From: Laetmonice hystrix
Taxonomy: Eukaryota
NCBI GenBank assembly: GCA_965235115.1
Contig: OZ249437.1
Span: 31,372,001-31,436,000 of the forward strand
DNA: 64,000 nucleotides
Direction of reading: 5' to 3'
Below the pieces are notes generated by a model. It worked only from the letters and a program-made list of their open reading frames with translations. It was not told the origin of the DNA and ran no database searches. The position numbers and the translations under genes are program-made. This document shows, one piece after another, positions 14,830 to 25,657 of this stretch (within the stretch, counting starts at the first letter, position 1; each line of letters opens with the position of its first letter).

Positions 14830-17370
14830 GTTGGGCCTGATGAGGGAAAAACGTCCGACTTAATGGTGCGCCATGACAATCAGAAGATCGATTCCTTCCA
14901 GCGATGGCCATCAGACAAAGTACGACAATACTCGCCATTTTTACCAGCTTCAACTTTCAGCAGCTCTGCATGCATTTTAGAAAAGGTTCAAATGACATGG
15001 AGAGCGTGTCTTTCTCAACTGAAATTATCAAAATTTTTCTTTCGCCAATTTTGGGTTTCCGTTTACGTTGGTGTTTCCATGGGTACATGGGAACTACAAG
15101 TGCGCACAAACATCCTCTCTTACACCGCACACCGGCGACAACTAAAACCAAACTTCACGTTCAGTGACATCATTCCTAACTGTTTATAAAATGGAGTGAG
15201 GACACAAATTGAGGCCATCCATTTCACCGTAAAACTCTATGTATATAGGATAATTTCGTGTAGTAAATACCTGAGTTTTAGAATGATGAACTTGTAAAGT
15301 AGTGAGGTGAGGTGTGATCTGCACGAACACCTGTGGTTGGCAGTATGGGAGGTCAGTGAGACAGGTAAGACGCATTCCTTCAGGTAATATAAATCACCAG
15401 TGCTGAGTCTAGCTTCCTTACTGAACTACTTTCTAAACCAGCACAGAATCTATTAATAACCTAATCTTTACATTATCATAATTTACATTTTTTTCGCTAC
15501 AAATTAATTGAAGTTTCGTGAAAATCTTTCTCTTTTTGAAATACTAGTATGAGCACGAAATATTTACTACAGGCAAAACCGCTTACAATTACGTCAGGCA
15601 GCTATCGCTAATTCGCTAATTCACTCTTGAGCAATGCAGAAGTTAAAGAAAAAAAACAACAAAATTATCAACAAACTCTAAATCAAAATAATAAAGACTT
15701 GAGAATGAACGCGCATTGTTTGATCAAACAAGATATTTACGGGTGATTCTTTCCTATACCACTTTCTGTGGATGAGCTGTGTTAGCTCACCTCTGACGTA
15801 TCGATTTTCCCCGTAGCTCTCCGATACAACTAGAGGACAGAAGCTTAAGCCCCCTCTGAAGTTCTCTTTACTGATGACATTAAAGCTCAGAGACAGAATG
15901 GTGCAATTAGTCTGTCAGGGCGCTAATGCCCGAGCGTTTGAAGTGGTACGTTGGACTAACACTGGGGGGCGTTATATAATCATGATAGCGCAAATATGAT
16001 AGAATTTTAGATATACACCAAAGCAAATACCTTCTGGAAAATTATTAGCATTTAGATGTATTCCCCAAAGGTTTGTAATTACACGTATTGATGATATGGA
16101 ATTAAATCTGGATAAGATCCATTAATGTACTCACACGGAGTATAGGCACCAAATGTTGGCACTGTGAAAGCCAACAAAGAACAGTCCATCAAAAACTTAA
16201 GAACCCTGTAGCTTGGAGGTAAAAGCAATAATACAGACTTGGACGGAGTAGGAGAGAATGTATTGAGATAGTGTGTGAATACTATAACGTGTCTGGTTGT
16301 TAGCCAAGCGTGGATGTAGTTCGTAACCGGCGCCAGGTAGTAGTAGATCTATAGCGGTATATGTCCCGTTATGACCGTTTGGGGGCAGCGACCCGTGACA
16401 AGGATTCGTACCGAATTTTGTCTTCTGCCAAGGTGGGTCGCAGTGGTGCATGACCAGGTGAAAAATCCGCCTCCCTCGCAGACAACTGCTGGAAAGGAGG
16501 GGACAGGCGGGGGGGGGGCAGTCAAAGGCACCATTATATAAAAAGCTGGATGCATCCTTCAGGCTGTCCTCACCTCGAGAGACAGCGGGCCCTGAACGCC
16601 CGTCGTCCTTCAGTTGGGTGGGCGCAGCGCCAACCGCCGTTATTTTATACCCTGCCGGGGTGTCATGAATGGGATCGGGTAGGCCTATAGCTATAGAAAC
16701 CATGTGGCATGTCGAAGATTTATGTCAACTTCGTTTTATGCTTCCTTCCTGCAGACAAGTAGGGAACACGTTTACATGAATGGTAGGGTGGGTCGACTCG
16801 GGACCACTTGGTGACATTTTATAGTAGGATTATCAGGCCAATACCAGCGCTGACGAAAGTCAAGGTCCGACAGCATGGCCAGCCCCCCTCCCTCACTCCC
16901 ACCCTCTCAGCCTCGCCACGTCACCGCCTCCATGCACTCACTACAGGCAGAGCTACATGAGTGAACTGTGCACCTGGCCATATGTGGTCGTTTCTCCGAC
17001 CGTCACCCCATCAATGTTTCATGTTTATGTCCCTGATGACCCCGCCACACACCTGACAACCAACTATGTCGTCTTACCTGACACCACGGCCACCACTACC
17101 AACAACCCCCCCCCCCCCCCCCCCACCTCCTCTCAAAAAAGAAAACTCTGTACCGACACCCTCCTGCACAGTACGATGGCACGGTGCGGCAGTCTGTCTG
17201 GGTGTCTGTTCTCGGCGTCACCAGGTTCATCAGTTCCCAAATACACCCAACCCAAACGGCACCAATACACAAACGTATACCAATAAAACTGCTTTATTGA
17301 TCAAACTATTGATTCCCAGCTCGTGGCAGTTTTCCTCGAAGTATAGAAGCCCAGACGACAGAACGTATCC

Positions 17371-17647
17371 CTGGACACCCCAGCCACTTAACCAGCCTGG
17401 ACTCTCACCCACCCCAGCCACTCAGCCAGCCTGGACTCCCAGCAACTCAGTCAGCCTGGACTCTCACCCACCTCAGCCACTCAGCCAGCCTGTACTCTCA
17501 CCCACCCCAGCCACTCGGCCAGCCTGGACTCTCACCCATCCCAGTCACTCAGCCAGCCTGGACTCTCACCCACCCCAGCCACTCGGCCAGCCTGGACTCT
17601 CGCCCACCCCAGCCACTCAGCCAGCCTGGACTCTCACCCACCTCAGC
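17371..17647. repeat. 34-bp minisatellite, ~8 copies (ccccagccactcagccagcctggactctcaccca)
   Basis: Tandem units are read directly, with one shortened unit near 17412-17440 and scattered substitutions. Confidence 0.92.
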
Positions 17648-18512
17648 TCTTACTCCATTCCTTTTATTAAATTCATGACCACACAGCGGCCTTACAAATC
17701 ACTATTACCGATGCTGAGTCATTCTCAGCTGTGGGCTCCGTAGAGAAAAAAAATGCTGCTCTCCACAAATGTAAAATTTTAATGCATAACGTCTAAAAAT
17801 AAGATCCGGACTTGGTAGCAAAAGGCAGTTCGGTCTGCGAACGGCTGACTAAAAACGATGGAGGGAATTCGTTACCTGTCAGGTCGAGCTCTATCAAACT
17901 CGGCTCTGCCCGGCCGAGCAGCAGGCGACTCGCTGACTCACTGTACACTTCCATTGGCTCACGTCGTCACGTGAATGCTGTTTTTTTCTCTAGCCACCCA
18001 GACACATGAAGGATGGCTTTCCATTAATGATCTATTTCATGACTTTACACCTCTTTCAGGATTTTTTTCTTGAGATTCTCTACACTTTCTGCCATACCTA
18101 CGTCATATCGTTCCCGCCCATAGAGGTCTAACCTTTATACATTCTCCCTATTGCCTCAGAATAAGTCATTTGTGTTATCATTGGATTCTCGCGAAATTAA
18201 ATCAGAAATAGTCTGCCACGCTAAATAAAGATGTGAAGGTCACCGTAAGGTCGAGTCAATCCATTATGTTGGAGGTTTGAGAGCTATAAAAGCCCCTTGT
18301 CAAGGTGCCTAGAGGACCTTCGAACCTCTATAATATTCCCCAACTCTCCATAATATTATCCACCTCTAGTTTTATGACGCTCAAGGTTTGTGACAGGCGC
18401 GAGTCCCTCGCCGTTTTAGCGGCCAATGTTTCATAGAAACTCATGTAATTTTCATTCACTCTTCCGAGTCATGAGTGTTAAATCATTTATAATTACACAG
18501 CAGTTGTTTCAG

Positions 18513-18589
18513 GTTACCATGGACACAGTAGTACGCCGTGGGCCAGACTAACAAAGTCCATGGTTGGCTGGCCCGACTTCCCCTCCCTG
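18513..18589 (+). CDS. Candidate exon (phase 1-0) (G)YHGHSSTPWARLTKSMVGWPDFPSL
   Basis: Acceptor gttgtttcag and donor CTG|gtgacc, with an open frame. Confidence 0.25.
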
Positions 18590-19114
18590 GTGACCACCAA
18601 TCAGACTGCATGAGACTGCAAGCCTACGGTTCTACTGGCAATGCAATATCAACATCTCTCTCTCTCTGCATGAGCTTGGCTTGGCCTCTCTATCTAATCT
18701 ACAATGGAATTAATTATCCGTCCCTTCACCCCCATTCGTTCCATGCCATTGTTGTGTCAGTAAAACCCTATATTAGATCTCATGTATCTATTTTGCCAGA
18801 CGACAGCATGACATGCTGACTGTAGGTTATGAAGATTATACGAGACCTGCATCCACAGGTCTGCAGCAGGGCGCGGCCTGACTACAAGATATTTAAGGCC
18901 CTGGAGAGGCCAATATTGATACGACTGGTATAAGACACAGCCTGGGTCCACTGCCCCGGCATGCCGTGATCATTGTCCGCCTCCATAACTAATTGTGGTC
19001 GACAAACAGTAGTTCTGCGTGTCTGTCGGTCGCTAATAGATCCGTATACGGTCGATCTCTGCCTGCATGCCTGTCGGCCCACCTGTTTGTAGGATGACAG
19101 GTGAGATGGCGTAC

Positions 19115-19161
19115 CTTTGATCCCAACTGGATGCAGCCGGCTTGCTGCTCCTTCTATCTAC
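19115..19161 (-). CDS. Candidate exon VDRRSSKPAASSWDQ
   Basis: Minus-strand acceptor catctccccatctgtccattcag and donor AAG|gtacgc. Only frame 0 is open. Confidence 0.3.
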
Positions 19162-19331
19162 CTGAATGGACAGATGGGGAGATGGATGGATGAACTGATA
19201 CATGAAGCTTTCGCTGGGACTGTCAGCGGCAAGGGTGGGGTTGTGTGTTGGGTGGGGGTTGTGTGTTGGGTGGGGGTTGGGGTGGGTGGTGGGGTTAGGC
19301 GAGTCACTGGAGCTAGATACTCTGGAGGTCT

Positions 19332-19516
19332 CAGGGGCCCGTCTTACTAAAGATGTTCCCCAGCAAGATCCCCACCAAAGTCCCCAGATCAGGGATATTT
19401 CCATTGTGGCGCGTTTTACTAAAATATCCCTCCATTGAAACAGTGTTGGGGAGATGTCCCCAATATGGGGATGTCCCTGATTTGGGGATTGCCATTCTTA
19501 GTAAGACGGGCCCCTG
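19332..19516. mobile_element. MITE (non-autonomous DNA transposon), ~185 bp, PIF/Harbinger-like termini
   Basis: Perfect 19-bp TIRs caggggcccgtcttactaa (19332-19350) and ttagtaagacgggcccctg (19498-19516). Nested inner IR ccccagatcagggatat / atgtccctgatttgggg matches 15/17. There is no coding capacity. GGGCCC-starting TIRs bounded by CWG are typical of Harbinger-derived MITEs; the superfamily call is an inference. Confidence 0.8.
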
Positions 19517-22045
19517 CAGGGCTTCTGTCCCTTCCTTTACACCTATACTAGACCTGGCAGACGTTTTGCCGCCATCTCCCTCCCACAAACGGCAAAAATA
19601 TCGTGTAGGTCTACTTGAATAATACATAACATTCTATGGAACTCAAATTATTTGTCCACATGTTGTCATAGTACCCTGTTACCCGCCTTCATTCCATCAC
19701 TTCCATGATACTCGCCAGGAATAGCTCTAGCTCCACCTATTACATTTGACATGGAATATAATAGAATATAAAGACCCTGAATTGTGACAGCGGCAAACTT
19801 CATGTCCTCTTTGACCTTGTGAGATTTAATTAATCAAGATTCAGAAGTCTACATCCCCATCTTTCCAATCTGTCTCCGCCTACGCTGCACAAACAGACGT
19901 GGCAATGTCACCTGCACAGTTCGGTCAGGAAGATGATATGTGGTTTTGTGGAAGACTCTAATGAAAATCATAATAACCCCAATGCTTGGAACTTTACGCG
20001 AGGCTACCTTTCTCCGTGATGCCGACCTGCTGTCCGCCTACCGCCCTCATGTACAAGCACAGGTTGGGAGGGGGGGCGTAGTTCGGGGGTGGGGGGGGGG
20101 TTGGAGGAACTCCTGGGGTCTTTTATGTTCCACTGGCTTCGACTGCTTACGGTAATCACCCGAAACCTTAATGTTAACAACCCGAAAACCAACAATAGAG
20201 ATCCTGAGATCAAACGCTGAGTTCTGAATATGGCGGCGCCGAGTTCCTGTCATGCCGTGATGACCTTGGTGGAGTGGGGTTCTTGGGTGCAGTTTGGGGG
20301 TCATTTCAATAATCACAGAGGTCAGATATGTGTCACATATCTGCCGGTGACAGGTGCATTCTACCTGCGACGTGCAGTATTGTTACAATGACTGAAGTTC
20401 CACACGACTATTTCCCCAATACGACTTGTCAAATCCCGTTATTGTACCCACTCTTGTCGAGGGGAGACTGATTGGGTGGTAGACCTACAACTGTACGAAT
20501 TGACGAGGGTGAATGCAGGGTGTAGGTCTTCTAAAGCATGACCACGTTTCATTATATGTGTTTCGGGTCCTTTTCAGTAAAACCAGGCACATGTACATCC
20601 TGTGACCTATATTTTATTATTTATTTGTAGCAACATCGTGCAGTTGAATACCTGCCAAACATCTATCTACATGCAGACGATTTTCAATACTGGGCCAGAC
20701 CCGCCTTTAATGGCAAATATAAATACTGCCCACCCACCCACCCCTCCACACCACAAAAAGGGGGGAACGGGGGATGCATTGATCGATGCAGGCACAGAAA
20801 GATGTGAAACGAGACAAAAACACTCACTGATATCTGTAAACACGGTAGATTCTCTGTGAATTCTTTTAAACATTTCATTCTTCTCTTTTCATGCTCATTA
20901 CAAACAGCACTTTCGACGTTTTCCAAACTGATCGATATAAAAGAAGAGACCACTCCCACCGTGTCTTTACACCGAACACGGGCAGTCATCAGATAGCAGG
21001 CGCTGGCAGCGACCCCCCTTCTCTATCTCTCTCCCTCTCTCTCTCTCTCTTTCCCTCTCAAAGAGTACAGTAACATACAGGGCTACCCCACTGCTGGGCG
21101 TCCACTTCAATGCGCCCTCGGTCCCTCCTCCTGCTATCCTACATACGTCAGGTCCTGACGACAATGTCTCCCTTCTGTCACGCTATACTGAGATCACCTG
21201 ACATCAGGCCAAGATTACCTGCATGGTAACTGCCCTGTCTATCTCATGTCGTAAGGCTAGAATATATCCTTAGGTAGATTGATGAGATGAGAATCCTAGA
21301 TGAACCAGGATGATCAGTGCTACAAATCCCAATAGGTACACATGTCTACATGAGTCTCATCCGTGCTGAACACGTGGTCCCTGGTTCAGTTTAAACCTGT
21401 GGACGGGTGTGATTGTCAGTTAGGTAACTCGTCTAGATCGTATCATACCGACATGATGCCGGAGGGTTGTACGGAAGTTGGGGAGTCGGTGTACCCACCT
21501 GCCTAAGGTGTGTCCACAAACTGAGTGGAGCTAAGATCAAAGGACGAAAACAGGGCCGGTCCTGTTAGTATTACCTTCACCTCGTCTGACGAGGACGGCA
21601 AGTCACACCTTCAAGTACGAGAGAGCTGGGTGGCTGCAAGGAGTTCTGAGAGAACACCCACTCACCCCTCACCCCAGTGTACCGGTACCTTCACCCCACC
21701 CACCCCTCTGTCGGCTGTCAATAAACCCAGCAGACGACCAATGAGTACCTGATCCTCTCACAGTCAGCTAATCACGTAACCCTTGCTGATCGACCAGCCG
21801 ACTCTGAGAACTGGATTTCTCACCTGATACTGGCCATAATGATGGGCCCAAAGTCCGTGCTGACAGCCCCACCCATGTACACCCACCCACTTCAGTCTCT
21901 ACACTCAACAACCCACTCCACAACCTGGAGATCTCTCTGTGCATACCTCAGTCACACCCAGCCATCATGCAGGCACGCATCCCGTACCAACACTCACTTA
22001 CTGACAAACTACTTATCTCAATACGAGATTTACCCAACGTACAAA

Positions 22046-22076
22046 CATAGAGTCTATATTGAATATAGACTCTATG
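22046..22076. repeat. Perfect 31-bp palindrome (15-bp arms, 1-nt loop)
   Basis: catagagtctatatt-g-aatatagactctatg. Confidence 0.95.
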
Positions 22077-23373
22077 GTACAAGTTACAGTCCCACCCCCT
22101 CCCCAATATTCAATCTCAGTCAGGCTGCTTCTGCTGCATCTGCATCTGCTGCTGCTACCTGAACACTTCCAAGGCGTACCCGGAAACGGAAACCACATCA
22201 CGAATTATCCACAGTTGAGATTAGTTTGTTTCTCAACATACATGTGCACATTATCCAGATTACAAAATACAAAATTTCAAATATATTAGACCTTGTTATT
22301 TGCGCCACATATTGAGAAAGGGTAGATGGTAGTGTTCAAAATTCTACTCTCAACTATTACCTGGCACGACAGAGGCATGCACGCATACTGTGCACCCGGT
22401 CGCGTATTAAAGTGAGCGACCTGTATTACATAGACTCAATCCTATTTCTCGCATACCTGTGTCACCCCATACTTTACGTGTCCATGGCCCCCTGGTCCCC
22501 CTTCCCTAGGCACACACCAACGTATACGCACCTTTAAGCCCCATCTCAAAGCATTTACATTTTGTCAGCTCTATTGTCACATGTGTCGGGCTTGGAGGAC
22601 ATGGAGTACATTCCTGATCCACACACCGTCCTCAAAGTACCTTAGTGTTCAATCAAGGGCCACGATATGCTATCTGACAAAGACTTGAAATTCCACTCTC
22701 TTAGGTGCCTGGAACATCCGACGTAACCCCCCGAAAAAGACAATGCCAAGATCAGATCCTTTGTAGTTTATAAACATGTTACAGTTCTACCTGAATTTTC
22801 CTTTTGATTGCGAGTGTTCTATAAAATATGGGTGTATTCGTATAAGCTGAGGTTTAAAGTTATCTAGGACCCAGGAATGGGTGGCTCAAAGTTGACGACC
22901 ATGAATATTATCGATTTTGCCCTGGCAATTTTCTCACACCTGTTTTGACAGCCACCAGTTTGCTATTTATGACACACAACCCCGCCTGACACTTATTTTA
23001 TGAAACGTTTCATTTTCCTCGCCTGTCTCTGCCAACCCCCTGCCGTGCGGCTGGGCAGGTAGTCGGTCACATGACCGTCATGTGACATGCTCAGCCAGCA
23101 TGGCGTGGCGGGACGGGGGCTCGCTAAGCTCGGCCACACACTGTGAAGAACAAGAGATGGGTGACGCGCCACCGCCAACGTAATCATACAGCTTCGGTCT
23201 CTCCTGCCGCAAACATTCTACTGGCCACACAAAACACGGCGGCAAGGTCGGTCGGTCGGTCGGTAGGGGGTTGGGAGGACTCGACTGGCCGCCCCCCGTA
23301 CTCCCCCGATAGTGTGGGAAAAGATAAGCTGTGGTCCGGTCCGATGTATATTAGTACTATAGTGTTTCAATAG

Positions 23374-23445
23374 AGGTGGAATGTGTACGACCACATAATG
23401 CGTGGACACGTTGCTGTGGCCTGGACTGGCCCCAAGAACTGGCAG
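23374..23445 (+). CDS. Candidate exon (phase 0-0) RWNVYDHIMRGHVAVAWTGPKNWQ
   Basis: Acceptor gtgtttcaatag and strong donor CAG|gtgagg. The 72 bp are open with GC-rich third positions. Confidence 0.4.
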
Positions 23446-25289
23446 GTGAGGGGCCAAGCCAGGACCTGAACGGTGGAGTGGTGGGCCGTCCCCAACTGTA
23501 CTGCTGCCAGACCTCCACCCCCGGCCTCTGGTCCAAGACCCTCCACTCACAGACTAGTGCCAACAGCCTCTACCCTTCATAGAAAACCATTCATGCAAAC
23601 ACCGCCATTCTTAAATGGCTAACTATGTCCTAAATACCTTTCTTTTGCAAAATACAAATTAGCCACAGATTGTGTGGAAATGGAGAGAATCCAACTGACA
23701 GCCATTGTCCTGACCACAACAGCGGCGGCCCTTCACGTATTTCTGAGGGGAAATTAACGGAGAATATCTGTTTTCCGAGATTGTTGAGGCTGGTTAGACT
23801 CTCTAGGCATGTGGGGCGAAATGAGGCTGCATCTGGTTTGACAATTGGCATCATTGGGTCTGAACTAATGCAACTATATCCACTAAGGGCTACTCAGTGT
23901 TTGACTGACTGAGTGTGCAAGTACCCGTACCATTCGAATGACCAGACTAAACATGTCTTTCTATTGGTGGACGGGGACGACCTGACAGCGGGATGACAAG
24001 CATGGTAATTTAAAATACTGGGGGTATGTTTCTATACAACAGTACATACACATTATGTGTGGCGCCTATGCTGACATAATGTTAACTACACAATACGATA
24101 TGGCAAGTAATTTACGACCAGTAATTATCTACATCCATCCTTGTTAATTCATTATAAAGGTTACATCCTCCTCCCTAACAGACAGTGCGATTACTTCAAC
24201 ATCCGGAAACAAGAATTAAGTACCCACAGCTACTCATAAAGATATTACAGCTAGAATCCCATCAAAGTCCACATATAGTTCAGAATCGCTCTCGGGGCCC
24301 TCGGCTCTCCGATAATCGAATAAACATAGAATCGTTTATCAATCTCCTAGACCCCCCTCCCTCCACTGCTGTGATATTGAGAACCGATACGTCATACAGT
24401 TAGTTGACCCATTGTGTAAGCGTCCATCGAGGCCTGAAACCTGTTCTGTTCTTGGTCCCAGATCCACACTACCAACGAACTGTTTTAAAGCCAACCTCTC
24501 CCGTTTGTGTTGTGATGGAAGGGTACCTTCATGAAAGACTTTGGCTGTTTTCTCTGTGCAACAATAGCTGAGATTGACTGCATGCTGTCTTTGAAATCCT
24601 ATCTCACCATTGACTGCCAAACGCAAACCTTCTGCCCGCTTGACTTTTAATTGGGAAAAAGTTCACGGTGAAATTATAAGGTCGTTAACTTGACATCATT
24701 GATCATCGCAAGAGCCAACAACCATTGCTGACTACCATTGCTGACTACCATTTGCTGGCTCTGAATTCGATGAACAAAACACACCAACAATAATGACTAA
24801 CATAAAGCTAACGCCCCCAAACGCCAGCCATTGTACACATCAGTGAGCGACACCAGCACAATAGGTAAAACGCTAGCTCCGCCACGCCACTCTTGATCCA
24901 CCATCATCCCACTATGATGTTGATCTTTGATCCGAAGGTTCGTGACCTGGGCGGTGCCACCTGTTGGCCATGCTCCTTCAGTATACAACCCTCTAAACAT
25001 CCACCTACCCCCACACATACTCCCCAGTCTGTAGACTGCAGTCTCAAATATTGACTTGGTGTCTACTGTCAAACATACCACCGATGACCTCTCTACGTTA
25101 GACAATTTGACTCCTGCCATCAGAGAAGCGACTCTCTACCGGAGATGATTGTACAGAGAACAGTCAGGTAAGATCAAGGTAAACAGTTTCAACAACCCCG
25201 CTCCTCCCCGCCAGTCTGAGGGGCGTACAGCCGGTATCAAATCGAGTCACTCAAAAACACATAGACCAATCAAGGTGGAGCTGTGGAAT

Positions 25290-25657
25290 CCACCTGCTAA
25301 GAGATAGATCTATGAACGCTGAGATATGGCCACCTGCTGGAAAGTGGATCTCTGAAGGCTGACAGATGGCCACTTGCTAGAAAGTGGATCTCTTAAAGCT
25401 GAGAGATGGCCACCTGTGAGAAAGTGGATCTCTGAAAGCTGAGAGATGGCCACTCGCTAGAAAGTGGATCTTTGAAAGCTGAGAGATGGCCACTTGCTAG
25501 AAAGTGGATCTCTGAAAGCTGAGAGATGGTCCCTTGATGGAAAGTGGATCTGAAAGCTGAGAGGTGGCCACTTGCTAGAAAGTGGATCTCTGAAAGCTGA
25601 CAGATGCCCACTTGCTGGAAAGTGGATCTCTGAAAGCTGACAGATGCCCACTTGCTG
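25290..25657. repeat. 40-bp minisatellite, ~9 copies (gatggccacttgctagaaagtggatctctgaaagctgaga)
   Basis: Units start at about 25290, 25330, 25370, 25410, 25450, 25490, 25530, 25568 and 25608, with a partial unit at 25648. Confidence 0.95.

Noticed and set aside
16197-16703. 168-aa minus-strand ORF
   Set aside because: It crosses a G-run and a TATA-like site and has no recognisable motif, so it is probably a chance ORF.
17066-17743. 225-aa Pro-rich ORF
   Set aside because: It stays open because it crosses a poly-C run and the 34-bp repeat, whose unit is not a multiple of 3. There is no domain or splice support.
23374-23445. Alpha-carbonic anhydrase N-terminus (TGPKNW resembles GPxxW)
   Set aside because: It lacks the preceding W-x-Y and the downstream QSPI motif.
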